A stretch of 23,985 nucleotides of DNA, from IMG/VR virus record IMGVR_UViG_3300030685_000002; one strand, given 5' to 3'. The notes beneath the pieces were generated by a model. The model saw nothing but the letters and a program-made list of their open reading frames with translations, was not told the DNA's origin and did not search any database. Positions 1-9,835 of this stretch are shown in pieces (position 1 is the first letter of the stretch; the number at the start of each line of letters is the position of its first letter). The stretch is from an uncultured virus (IMG/VR IMGVR_UViG_3300030685_000002) (Duplodnaviria; Heunggongvirae; Uroviricota; Caudoviricetes). Both the position numbers and the translations under genes were made by a program.

Positions 1-2847
1 AAAAGTAATGTTCATGATACAGAAAAGTATTCATTAGAACTTGAAACAACTGATGTATTATTACAACAGTCTATTGATGATCTTCTAATGAAAGAACTTA
101 CTTCATATTATAAAAACAATAAAGAAGCATTCAAAAATAGTCCTTATGACTTTACTGGATCAGATAAAGAACAATTACTTCAACAATGGAAAAAAGATAA
201 TGGATTTGATGATGAAAACCTATTTACTTATAAGAACAATAAAATTGTTTTTGATAAAACTGATGTATCGAATTTTGATATTAAAGACTTGGATAGCATT
301 TCTACAGAAGTTGCTAATGAATTAAAACTAATGGTGCGTTCTCGTGCAAACATAAATATTGCCAGGACCGACATACAAGGTTTACGTTACATGAAAATGG
401 TTCCTAAGCTTAGTGTTACCGCAGATGCTTTGTATCGTCTTTCTACTATCATGGGAATGCGTAATGGTATTCCTTCATTGGATAAGGATTTCAGAACAAT
501 GATTAATACCGTACAACAAACTATTGGTATGTCATTGCAAGAATACAATTCTAATCCGGCAAGTGATATGAATGTTGCTAAACATATGGCTTACTATACC
601 ATAAACAATGATGCTTACAATAAAGAACAAGATGAAAAGAAAAAAGCTTTTATGTTCTCCCAAGAACAATTGGTAGCTAATGAAATTAATATGGGTAAAC
701 TTATCAAGAACTTACCTCAGATTGATTATATCTTGCAAGAACTGTATCGTCAAGAACTTATCACTAAACAGTCATTTATGGCCGATAATGAAGCTATTGA
801 AAAAGATGTTGTAAAATCATTCTTGAAATTACAGAATAGAACAACACTGAACTTCGGTGGTGAAGTCGCTGCAGTAAGTACCGCGATAAACGATATTATG
901 CTTGACAAGTACTATGCTACCATTGGAGAAAGTGCTATCATGAAAGGTCAGTATATCTATCAAGCTGTTGGTAATACTTATGAAAACCCATCACAGAACT
1001 TGGATTTATCAAGTCTTTTTGATAGACAATCATTTGTAAAGAACTTTCCTCAATTTATGATGGATATTGTTGAGCATTCTGATAATATTGATTATTTGAA
1101 TAAGACAGTACAAAGTGAGTTGCCGGCAGAAGAATGGATAAGATTTGCAGTTAATCCTCTTATCAAACTATTTACTATTGGTGGTAAGTTTGATGTGAAA
1201 TTATTACTTGATGTCAATACTAAAGAAATGACAGAACAGCGCGTTGCTCAGTTGAAAGACTACTTTAATTCTCTTCCAAAAGAATATAAAGAAATGCTTA
1301 TCAACTATGAGATTATTGCCAATAGAATGTCATATCGTCAAGGTGGTTTACTTCAAGTGATAGGTGTAGATTTCTACAAAGGACCAATAAGCAAAGTGTA
1401 TAACGATACATACGCCGAATTGCGCTCTTCTCTTGGTCTTGATAGTCTTGTACCAAATAAGTACAGAAAGTCCGTTACATTCAATTCAGACATTCGTGAG
1501 CGTATCTATGACTATCTTGGATTACAACCTGAGTTTGCACAATATCTAAGTCCAAAAGCAGTAGTAAATGAAAATAGTCCTAAGTATGCTTATCAGTTTG
1601 AGACAAAAACTATAGATGGTGAGAAAGTAAACACCGGACATAGAATAAATTTAAAACTGAATGATAACAATGCTTATGAAGTATTTGGAAACATTACTTC
1701 TTTAGGTATGTCTACTATGGCCGGAGAGAATATGACTTCTGAATTACGCTCATTTCAGACTACACCGGAAGAAGAATACAATCTTAGTCTTGCTAATCGG
1801 GATAATAATGATTTGATATTACATCAAGGTTCACGTGCATGGGTATCGGAAGGACAATTTCTATATACAAGAAGTGGAAAATTAATACGTGTTATTAAAG
1901 TAAAAGGAACTAATTTTGAATATCGTCTTGCTAACGATTCAGATATCACTTATCGTATGGAACAAAAGGAAATGGATACTCAGAAACGTAACAATAGGAT
2001 TCAACTTAAGGAGGGAACATTACAACATTCTATTTTTGATCCGAATGCTACTTCACTTACTGAGAATGAAGTTACAAAACCAATGGAATACAAAGTAAAA
2101 GGGAATATGTTCTTAAGTCAGTTGAACATAAATACTCTTACAAATGATGGTGTTGAAACTCGTATATCAATTTTTGACAATAAGAACAAATTCAATTCTA
2201 TCAATGAGGTTCTTGATGCTTACAAATACAAAGTATTAAGTACTATCGGAGAAAAGACAAAGAACTTTCCTTGGGACTTGAAGAACTATCAAAATGAAGA
2301 ACACAGAAGAAACAAAATCAATAAATATATTCGTAATTTAGTTGATGATGTTCAAGTTGTGGAAACTGAGAAGAATGCCAATGAGATTAAGCAAATAAAG
2401 ATTGCTATGGCACAACTCAATTTCAAACAATCATTGATAGTAAAAGCATTAGTACAAGCACGTGCATTGGCTTATATCAGTAGTCAAGGAAAGAACATGG
2501 TGGAACAACTTACTAGTAAGATTTCATCAACTGATTTCTTAGCTAATCAGAAAACTACTTTCAATAAAGAAGTTGAAGATATGTCAGTAGGGATTACTAC
2601 TTATGGAAAGGTTGCTCGTAGTGCTATTGTTGAAATGATTAATCCGGCAGTACGTGCTGAGATGAAAGCAACAGAAAGCAAACGTTCTGAAATGTTGAAT
2701 ACATTGGAAGGATCACTTGAACTATTCGATAGTGAGATAGCAAAGAAAGATAGCAAGAAAGAAGTTGCAGAAGGTGAACCCGCTATTGGTACTCCGGCAC
2801 AAGATAATGAGTCAGATAATAATGATGAAAAAAATAAATGTAAATAA
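1..2847 (+). CDS. C-terminal part of a giant phage protein, probably virion-packaged/co-injected (5' truncated by window)
   Basis: Frame 1 is open from base 1 (AAA AGT AAT GTT...) into the ORF called at 88, so the gene begins upstream. No catalytic motif recognised. Acidic tail ends ...KNKCK. Size, composition and tandem position with another giant gene resemble crAss-like ejected-protein loci. Confidence 0.6.
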   Translation, partial: KSNVHDTEKYSLELETTDVLLQQSIDDLLMKELTSYYKNNKEAFKNSPYDFTGSDKEQLLQQWKKDNGFDDENLFTYKNNKIVFDKTDVSNFDIKDLDSISTEVANELKLMVRSRANINIARTDIQGLRYMKMVPKLSVTADALYRLSTIMGMRNGIPSLDKDFRTMINTVQQTIGMSLQEYNSNPASDMNVAKHMAYYTINNDAYNKEQDEKKKAFMFSQEQLVANEINMGKLIKNLPQIDYILQELYRQELITKQSFMADNEAIEKDVVKSFLKLQNRTTLNFGGEVAAVSTAINDIMLDKYYATIGESAIMKGQYIYQAVGNTYENPSQNLDLSSLFDRQSFVKNFPQFMMDIVEHSDNIDYLNKTVQSELPAEEWIRFAVNPLIKLFTIGGKFDVKLLLDVNTKEMTEQRVAQLKDYFNSLPKEYKEMLINYEIIANRMSYRQGGLLQVIGVDFYKGPISKVYNDTYAELRSSLGLDSLVPNKYRKSVTFNSDIRERIYDYLGLQPEFAQYLSPKAVVNENSPKYAYQFETKTIDGEKVNTGHRINLKLNDNNAYEVFGNITSLGMSTMAGENMTSELRSFQTTPEEEYNLSLANRDNNDLILHQGSRAWVSEGQFLYTRSGKLIRVIKVKGTNFEYRLANDSDITYRMEQKEMDTQKRNNRIQLKEGTLQHSIFDPNATSLTENEVTKPMEYKVKGNMFLSQLNINTLTNDGVETRISIFDNKNKFNSINEVLDAYKYKVLSTIGEKTKNFPWDLKNYQNEEHRRNKINKYIRNLVDDVQVVETEKNANEIKQIKIAMAQLNFKQSLIVKALVQARALAYISSQGKNMVEQLTSKISSTDFLANQKTTFNKEVEDMSVGITTYGKVARSAIVEMINPAVRAEMKATESKRSEMLNTLEGSLELFDSEIAKKDSKKEVAEGEPAIGTPAQDNESDNNDEKNKCK

Positions 2848-2855
2848 TCAATTCT

Positions 2856-5800
2856 ATGAGTAAATGTCCTAACAAAAATGATAAGGAATACAAAGCCTTA
2901 TCAGCAATCGTCGGAGATGGTAAAGCACATACTATCTATGCAAAGAACAATGGTAATCCTGTCAGCTTAACGGCTGATGGGAATCCATCTTTAATATACC
3001 AGCAGTTAGTGGAACGCTATGGTGTAGATAAAGCAGTGAAGTATCGCGCGAATATGTTTACTGAAAAGTTTTCTGTTCTCAGTGGTCAAGATACAACTAA
3101 GATTAAAAATGGAGTTGATCAATTATTTAATGATAATGATAAACTTAGTACTATTGGAACTAAGCAACAATATTCAAAATATATTGAAAGTATATTCCCT
3201 GATAGCAAAAACAAAGAAATATTATTTAGAGGTGAAAACGAAAATAATAAAAATGGGAAATACTTTACACCGGATGAAAATTATGCTAAAGTATTTGGTA
3301 AAAATGTAAAACCATTTATCATAAATTCAAACAATGTACTTGATTTAAGGAAATACAATATTGAATTAGATGCTGAACTTATAGATAAAAGCGGAAGAGA
3401 AACTGAAAGAGAAAATTTATGGGTAAATAAAAATATAGATATTGATAAATTAATTGATAATAGTGATACTGTTGTTGGATTAGATGCGGGTAATCAAGTT
3501 TTATCTATATATACTAAGAATGATGTATATCAATTAGGTTCTGAATTAGATATTACTGGATTCAAAAAATTTGTTGCTAAGAATACTATATCAGAAAATG
3601 ATTACATACTTGACGAAAATGACAACATTATCACTAAGTCGGGTAAATCTATTCAGATAGGGGAGAAAGTGGCAGAAACGGAAGGTATTAAAGACTACAA
3701 GCTACGTAAAGAGTTTATTGCAACAGCAGAAAAGACTAATTCGTTTATTCATTCATTGGAGAAAGCGGTACCGGGATTTAAAATACAAGTTGAAAGTTTT
3801 GAGACAACACGTAATACCGAACATGCTACTGATCGCGCGTGGGTAGATGCTACCGGAATACACTTGAATACTCAATCAATGAATGTTGATACTCCTATTC
3901 ATGAGCTTACACACGTATGGATTCACGTTCTTGAAATGACTGATGGATATAAGTACAATCAGTTTATGAGTAAAGTACGTGATTCAATTGCAGACAATAA
4001 AGAAATCATGGACTCGATACGCAAAAAGTATTGGCAGCTTGACGAGGTTCATCAACTCTATGAATATGCTGCTGCAGTAAGTGGTATGACTTCACAGAAA
4101 GAAGTAAACAAGTTTCTTGCTCGTAACAATCGCTATGTATCTTCTATTCGATCAAAAGATATATTCAGAAAAGTATATGATATTGTCAGTAGCTTATTCT
4201 CTTCAATAGGTAATCTAGTATCTGGTAAAATAACTGCTAACTCAGCACTTGATAATGTAAACTTTGAGAAAGGTACATTGAATGACATTTTCAATGCATT
4301 GACAGAAGATATTCTTAATGGTAGAAAGATTATTGATTTTGGGCCGGTAGAGGTAGAACAGTTATTGAAGAACTATTATAGTGATGGTTTCTATGAAGCT
4401 GATATAGGATTTAAGCCTATTGAGAATGTCGCTGAGGTAGTTCCATTCCTTATCAACAATGAAGAGTACGGACAACTTAACTTTGAAAATCCGGAAGCAA
4501 AAGAAAAGATGGTTGAAAACATATTTGCGAACCTTTGGCAAAGAGATAAGGATCGTATCTATGTTGACTATGGTAAGATGTATAGTTATCCTAATAGTAT
4601 GCCGGACAATGAAGTTATGGCCAGTATAAAGAATGAAATGCTAGTACGTCGTCAGCAGATGATGAACTCATTCAACAACAATATTGTCGAAATACTTAAT
4701 AAGCATATCTCAGATACTTCTGTTCCACTTGAAACACTTATTCAAGATACTTTCTCTGAATATGGTTTCTCTGATACAGTAGTTGAGAACATTGTTCGTT
4801 CTATTAAATTGCTTGGTATAAACGAACCTATGACTACTGTTATGAACTATCGGGATATGACAAACGTACAAGCGCTGGCACCATTATACAATGATGCTAT
4901 TGTTGGTTTTAATCCTATTGTGATAGTACATACTATGTCTGACAGCAAAGTTGATGTATCACTTATTGACTTAACCGGTTCCGTTCTTGGGTTTCAAGAT
5001 AACCTTATGGATTCACATAAGAAATCACTTGCTTCAAACTTAGGTAATGACAAATCAGAAAAAGGTCGTAAGTTTAATATGAGCAATAGTCAGGGAGATA
5101 TACGACAAGTATTACTCGGAGTGACTATTGCCGGCATGAATAAACTTGCTCAAGAGAATAATAAGAAACTTACCTTACGTCGCTATGGTGTTATTGGTTT
5201 TAATGGTACTTCTATTCAACCACGTATGCTTTCTACTCTTCATCAAGCAATGGCCAATGGTAGAGATTTATTTACTCTTCCATCAGTACAAGCTGTCATG
5301 GATGAAAAATCATTATCGTATAAATGGTTTCAAGAGCTTTTAAGCGATGATAAAGCATGGAATGAGGATAGTATATACCAGAGTTGGAGAGATAAGCTAG
5401 AAACGTATTATGCTGCTTACTATCAATCATTGAATATGGATGAAGTACAGAAAAATGCTATGACTGATAACTTCAACAGTTATGAACATTTCAAACTACT
5501 TAGCGATCGTGCCCGGGCAATAGAGATAAAAGACAAGAATTGGATAAACAATCCGGAACACAAATTGATTACTCAGTATCTTGTATGGTTCAAACAAGGT
5601 GTAGGTATCAATAACGGACAAGTAAAAGATATCAATAAGACTTGGTTGAAGTTTACTAATATCCACAATATTAAATCTGATATCCTTCAATACTATTCTG
5701 TAGAAGCCGAAGCAACAAAATCTATTATTGTCAATCAATTGAATGACTATAAAGCAAAGTTTAATGATGCACTGACAAAATCACTTGAATCGCGTGGTAT

Positions 5801-8033
5801 GTCATTAAACATCCTCGGTAATCAACCCGAGAAAGTATTTGGTCACTTATTCAAGAAAGGAGAGTTATTGCTTACTGAGGATAGTGATAAGAATAAGAAA
5901 GGTGATATTGTTCCTATCATTCTCAATAATCAATTGTATGGATCTTACAATGTCGAAGAAGCTAAGAAAGCCGGACTTACTACAGAAGATATTGCTCTGG
6001 CCGACCTTATTCTTGAAACAGTAAAAGAACGTTACCTTGCCAATGCAATGCATGATAACTCGCGCCGGTCAACGCCAAAGAAAGAAGAAGAGTTGCGTAA
6101 TGAGTTATTGAGTAAAATGGTTCCAGGGCATATTCCTGTTTTGGAAAAGACTAAACAAGAGTTATTCCGCGACAAGAAATACAAAGAGATGGTTCGTAAA
6201 GGGTGGGATCAAATAGCTATTTCTGAGTTTATGTCCGGAATAGAAGATGTGACTATTGATAATGATTTGATTTCAGATAATTATCAACATATGAACTCAC
6301 GGTTTCGATCTCAGCAGTCTATACAGCAACAGATGATACGTATGGGACTTATGCCAACAGACAGTACTACACCTAATAGATACAAAGGTGATTTGAAATT
6401 CTATGGTAAAAAGACTATGAACTTAGAATATGTATTTAGCATGTTTGTAGATGATAGCATTCGTACTATTGAGATTGAGAATAGAATGATCCCTGCCATG
6501 AATAAAGCTATTCAATGGAATCAGATATTAAAAGAAGAGTATAACATTCAAACGAAATATACTAATGAATTTTTGAAAGAATATTCTGACAGAATTATCA
6601 AAGGAAAGTCACAAGATGATCCTACTGATAAGACTGCAGCTATTGTAAAGAATATCACTAATGCTTATTCTTTCATGGCTCTTGGTTATCGTCCACTTGT
6701 ATGGGTACGTTCAGCTTATTTCAATACTCAGTCACAAATCATAGAAGCATTGTCTACTAAGGCTGCTAATATGTTTACTGATGAAAATAAACGATTGAAC
6801 TTTCCTACTCCAGAAGATATGACTAAAGCAAATCTTGAACTTGCTATGAACCATAAAAAAGTTATGGCGCTAGGTAAGAAGTTTGGTTTAGTAAATGGTA
6901 GTGAGATGGAAGCTATTGAGTCATTTTTTACAACAAATATTGATAAGAACGTTTTCCAATCACAACTGGCACATATTGGTAATTACTATTCTGATATCGC
7001 GGCCAGACTAACTACCATGGTCGGATTTATGATACATGATGGTTCTTATGAAGCTCATACCTATGATAAGACAACTGATACATTGAAATATGATAAGTTG
7101 AAAGATACTCGTTACTTTGATAAAGAGGGTAAAATGATCAGTGGTAAAGAACAAGCTATCTGGGATAGAAAGACAAAACAGATGATTGACCAAGGTATCA
7201 TAAAAGATACTGAAAATATGGAAGTGGGTTATGATTTTGAAGAAGTAAACACTCGTTTCAAATGGTATGCTGACAAGTATATTATTGGTGCTATGGATGA
7301 ATATCAAAAGATGCTTTTAGGGAATACATTCTCGGGTCGTATCTTTACTCAGTTCCGTACTTTCTTGCCAGGGAAGATATTCAATTTAGTTGGTAGTAGA
7401 AGAATGACATCTTATGGTGCCGACGTTACTGCAGAACTGAATGAAAATAATGAATGGGAAACTATCAAGAAACAAATTATGATAGAGGGAACACTTGCTT
7501 CTATGTGGAACTATCTTTCTGATGTAGTAAAAGTTGTTCGTACTAAGGATATGAAGTTTTCTGATTTGGAAGAGATGGACCCAATGACAAAATACAATCT
7601 TGCCCGGTCAATGATTAGTGCTACTTTCTTTACTTCTATTTTAGTAGGTATAAACATGCTTGCAGCAAATGGAATGAGTGACAGAGATAAGGACAAACTT
7701 TCATGGCTTTATAGCGAACTTCTTTCTTATTCGAACTATGACTCCATAAAGAGTAATATTGTTCCAATGTCAGGCCTTATAGACAACATCATGGGGCTTA
7801 TGACAGGACAAAAGAAGTGGACGCGTTTATTTGCTTATACTGGACCAGTATATGATGCTATATGGTTTATGGAGTTATTAGGAGATAATGACAACATGCT
7901 TCAAGACTGGACAGCACGTAAGAAAATAAATGATATGAATGCTCAGGAACTGAAAGAACACTATCAAGAAGTTGCTGATAAACGAGCTAAGCGATTACAA
8001 AAAGAAGTTGACGATCTTGAAAAATTGAATTAA
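2856..8033 (+). CDS. Large polyvalent virion/ejection protein (1725 aa): ART-like domain, HExxH metallopeptidase domain, C-terminal hydrophobic region
   Basis: N-terminus MSKCPNKNDKEYKAL; IFPDSK..ILFRG..YFT..YA..G module (aa ~83-240); DTPIHELTHVW zincin motif (HELTH at nt 3900-3914) with downstream YEYAA; GRIFTQFRTFLP and hydrophobic SMISATFFTSILVGINMLAA (nt 7608-7667) near the C-terminus. Confidence 0.7.
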   Translation: MSKCPNKNDKEYKALSAIVGDGKAHTIYAKNNGNPVSLTADGNPSLIYQQLVERYGVDKAVKYRANMFTEKFSVLSGQDTTKIKNGVDQLFNDNDKLSTIGTKQQYSKYIESIFPDSKNKEILFRGENENNKNGKYFTPDENYAKVFGKNVKPFIINSNNVLDLRKYNIELDAELIDKSGRETERENLWVNKNIDIDKLIDNSDTVVGLDAGNQVLSIYTKNDVYQLGSELDITGFKKFVAKNTISENDYILDENDNIITKSGKSIQIGEKVAETEGIKDYKLRKEFIATAEKTNSFIHSLEKAVPGFKIQVESFETTRNTEHATDRAWVDATGIHLNTQSMNVDTPIHELTHVWIHVLEMTDGYKYNQFMSKVRDSIADNKEIMDSIRKKYWQLDEVHQLYEYAAAVSGMTSQKEVNKFLARNNRYVSSIRSKDIFRKVYDIVSSLFSSIGNLVSGKITANSALDNVNFEKGTLNDIFNALTEDILNGRKIIDFGPVEVEQLLKNYYSDGFYEADIGFKPIENVAEVVPFLINNEEYGQLNFENPEAKEKMVENIFANLWQRDKDRIYVDYGKMYSYPNSMPDNEVMASIKNEMLVRRQQMMNSFNNNIVEILNKHISDTSVPLETLIQDTFSEYGFSDTVVENIVRSIKLLGINEPMTTVMNYRDMTNVQALAPLYNDAIVGFNPIVIVHTMSDSKVDVSLIDLTGSVLGFQDNLMDSHKKSLASNLGNDKSEKGRKFNMSNSQGDIRQVLLGVTIAGMNKLAQENNKKLTLRRYGVIGFNGTSIQPRMLSTLHQAMANGRDLFTLPSVQAVMDEKSLSYKWFQELLSDDKAWNEDSIYQSWRDKLETYYAAYYQSLNMDEVQKNAMTDNFNSYEHFKLLSDRARAIEIKDKNWINNPEHKLITQYLVWFKQGVGINNGQVKDINKTWLKFTNIHNIKSDILQYYSVEAEATKSIIVNQLNDYKAKFNDALTKSLESRGMSLNILGNQPEKVFGHLFKKGELLLTEDSDKNKKGDIVPIILNNQLYGSYNVEEAKKAGLTTEDIALADLILETVKERYLANAMHDNSRRSTPKKEEELRNELLSKMVPGHIPVLEKTKQELFRDKKYKEMVRKGWDQIAISEFMSGIEDVTIDNDLISDNYQHMNSRFRSQQSIQQQMIRMGLMPTDSTTPNRYKGDLKFYGKKTMNLEYVFSMFVDDSIRTIEIENRMIPAMNKAIQWNQILKEEYNIQTKYTNEFLKEYSDRIIKGKSQDDPTDKTAAIVKNITNAYSFMALGYRPLVWVRSAYFNTQSQIIEALSTKAANMFTDENKRLNFPTPEDMTKANLELAMNHKKVMALGKKFGLVNGSEMEAIESFFTTNIDKNVFQSQLAHIGNYYSDIAARLTTMVGFMIHDGSYEAHTYDKTTDTLKYDKLKDTRYFDKEGKMISGKEQAIWDRKTKQMIDQGIIKDTENMEVGYDFEEVNTRFKWYADKYIIGAMDEYQKMLLGNTFSGRIFTQFRTFLPGKIFNLVGSRRMTSYGADVTAELNENNEWETIKKQIMIEGTLASMWNYLSDVVKVVRTKDMKFSDLEEMDPMTKYNLARSMISATFFTSILVGINMLAANGMSDRDKDKLSWLYSELLSYSNYDSIKSNIVPMSGLIDNIMGLMTGQKKWTRLFAYTGPVYDAIWFMELLGDNDNMLQDWTARKKINDMNAQELKEHYQEVADKRAKRLQKEVDDLEKLN

Positions 8034-8080
8034 AAAAATAAGCCATCTAACCTACGAATAGGAAAGATGGCTTTCTTTTT
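8032..8080. terminator. Bidirectional rho-independent terminator between convergent gene blocks
   Basis: AAGCCATCT-aa-CCTA-cgaa-TAGG-aa-AGATGGCTT hairpin (8040-8073), with an A-run on the left (U7 on - strand) and TTTCTTTTT on the right, directly after the 8033 stop. Confidence 0.85.
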
Positions 8081-8170
8081 GAGCTTTACATACTTCACAG
8101 CATTCTGTCTCTTTGACGTATAAAAAATCTAACTAAAATTGCAAAAATCTCACTTTTTAAATAACACGTA

Positions 8171-8207
8171 CAAATGTATATAAAAAGATAGAATTATTAT
8201 ATACAAA
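8171..8207 (-). promoter_or_regulatory. Possible Bacteroidota sigma-A-type promoter
   Basis: Minus strand TACATTTG (8178-8171) matches the TAnnTTTG -7 consensus. A TTTG lies at 8207-8204, but the spacer is 25 nt, longer than the usual ~19-21. Confidence 0.4.
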
Positions 8208-8216
8208 TTTATATTT

Positions 8217-8588
8217 TTAAGGTATGAAACGATAATGAGTAATATCTTCTTGTTTAATTCCTTCATCAACTGTTTTATGAATAAAATCAAAGAACTGATC
8301 GTCATTTGCTTTTACATAATAACCAATGAAAGGATGATTATAACCTTTGACTTTTATTTCAAGATATTCCGACCAATAAATGCCTTCATCTTCAATAGTA
8401 CATTCAGGTTCTTTTTCATCAACTGAAATCCATTGAAGCTTATCTTCAAATTCCTTTTTGCATAACTCATAACCTTTTTTAAACCAATTACGACTTATAT
8501 ATTCTGTTATTTCAACAGCCCACATTCCAAATTTAGGATAATTGTATGGATATTGATTTTCTTTTGCTTTTTCGTCTAGTGTTGACAT
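8217..8588 (-). CDS. DUF551-like phage protein
   Basis: WISVDEKEP...ITHYRFIP is the typical DUF551 pattern. Start moved to MSTLDEK (8588), 1 nt after the upstream stop. Confidence 0.6.
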   Translation of the reverse strand: MSTLDEKAKENQYPYNYPKFGMWAVEITEYISRNWFKKGYELCKKEFEDKLQWISVDEKEPECTIEDEGIYWSEYLEIKVKGYNHPFIGYYVKANDDQFFDFIHKTVDEGIKQEDITHYRFIP

Positions 8589-8589
8589 A

Positions 8590-8916
8590 TTATTTTCTTT
8601 TATAGTTTGGATCAATCATTCTACCTGTTACTTTGTCTATACAGTTATGAAGCATTTCTTGTTGATATAAGCCAAATAAACTAGATAGATGAGTAAACGT
8701 ACCTTGAACGTCAGAAAACTCGTCTAATAGGTGTTCTAATGCTTCTGGTGGCATTACAACATCATTAGCAATATATGTTTCATATTCATCAAATGCTTCA
8801 TATAATTCTTTTACTTCTTCTTTGAATTTATCAAAACGAGAAAGAACATCATTTCCAAACTGAGAAGTAAACAAATCAATTGCTTTTGCTTCGGTGATAT
8901 CTCTTACTTTAATCAT
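8590..8916 (-). CDS. MazG-like all-alpha NTP pyrophosphohydrolase
   Basis: KFKEEVKELYEA and LLDEFSDV give the EExxE...ExxD metal-binding motif. Confidence 0.7.
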   Translation of the reverse strand: MIKVRDITEAKAIDLFTSQFGNDVLSRFDKFKEEVKELYEAFDEYETYIANDVVMPPEALEHLLDEFSDVQGTFTHLSSLFGLYQQEMLHNCIDKVTGRMIDPNYKRK

Positions 8917-9154
8917 TGACTAAGCTGTTATGTATTTCCATTAATAATAATTCTCCTTTGTAATCAATCTGTTCTTCTTCATAAATCTTCTTCATTACTT
9001 CTGCAGTATAAAGATGTCGATACTCACTTTGTAAGTCCTCTAATGTACGAGTATTGCAGTCCCAAGTTGTTTGTATCATTTCTTTTGACCCTTGAAATAA
9101 AACAACATGTTCAGTTGTCATTATTATCCAATTGTTTGAATTATCTATTGTCAT
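8909..9154 (-). CDS. Hypothetical protein (81 aa)
   Basis: Tiles between neighbours with an 8-nt overlap and 5-nt gap. Confidence 0.6.
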   Translation of the reverse strand: MTIDNSNNWIIMTTEHVVLFQGSKEMIQTTWDCNTRTLEDLQSEYRHLYTAEVMKKIYEEEQIDYKGELLLMEIHNSLVND

Positions 9155-9159
9155 ATTAC

Positions 9160-9474
9160 TTATTTATTAATTACGTTTTTCCATTCTTTTATATATTCAA
9201 ATTTTAAATCTTCATCACCTTTAGTAAGGTCTGGTCGAAATAGAACATTATCATATATTAAAATGAATTTACCAAAGTAAGTACTCCCTTTATGGGTTTT
9301 TACTATGATATCAGTATTCATTGGATGCTTTAATAATGTCATATCAATAAATTCATCACATTTATTAAATCCATTGATATATCCATTTTCAATAAAACTA
9401 TGAATACTATCAAAAGAATTACTCTTTAGTATTTCAGTAGCATATTGCTTTGCTAGATTAGTTATGTTTTTCAT
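9160..9474 (-). CDS. Hypothetical phage protein (~104 aa)
   Basis: Start reassigned to MKNITNLAKQYA (9474) to avoid a long overlap with the upstream gene. Confidence 0.55.
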   Translation of the reverse strand: MKNITNLAKQYATEILKSNSFDSIHSFIENGYINGFNKCDEFIDMTLLKHPMNTDIIVKTHKGSTYFGKFILIYDNVLFRPDLTKGDEDLKFEYIKEWKNVINK

Positions 9475-9835
9475 GATAAATGTCATTTGTGTCAGTACAT
9501 GCCGGAACCATTTCATTAAGATCAAGATTAAAGAAGAAATTCTCAATTACGTTTTTGAGTGATTCACTTTCTTCTCCAAATAATACGACAGCAGAAATAT
9601 TATCTTTGTTTCGTTTCCATACTTCTTCTCGAAGTGTTCCGGTAAGGTGTTTCAACTTATCAATATCTTGTTTTATACGGAACCGGTAATCACCTACATC
9701 TTTCAGTATTTCCATTGCATCAAGAATATATCCTTCTTGTATGTCCGCAAGCTGATGAACAAGATATATCAATGCTTCTACTCTTGATTCTTTTTCAGCA
9801 ACTTCTGCTTTAGTATAAAATTTTGTTGGAATCAT
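9458..9835 (-). CDS. Hypothetical helical phage protein (125 aa)
   Basis: ATGA overlap with the upstream gene; operon tiling. Confidence 0.65.
   Translation of the reverse strand: MIPTKFYTKAEVAEKESRVEALIYLVHQLADIQEGYILDAMEILKDVGDYRFRIKQDIDKLKHLTGTLREEVWKRNKDNISAVVLFGEESESLKNVIENFFFNLDLNEMVPACTDTNDIYHEKHN

Noticed and set aside
1..2847. Virion RNA polymerase call for the first giant ORF
   Set aside because: No DxDxD catalytic motif recognised in the visible part. It could lie upstream of the window, so the call cannot be supported here.
1916..7696. Short alternative-frame and antisense ORFs within the two giant genes
   Set aside because: Fully nested, 60-99 aa, with no motifs; typical shadow ORFs.
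8080..8216. tRNA or small ORF in the convergent gap
   Set aside because: No cloverleaf or T-loop motif; minus-strand ATGs hit stops within two codons.
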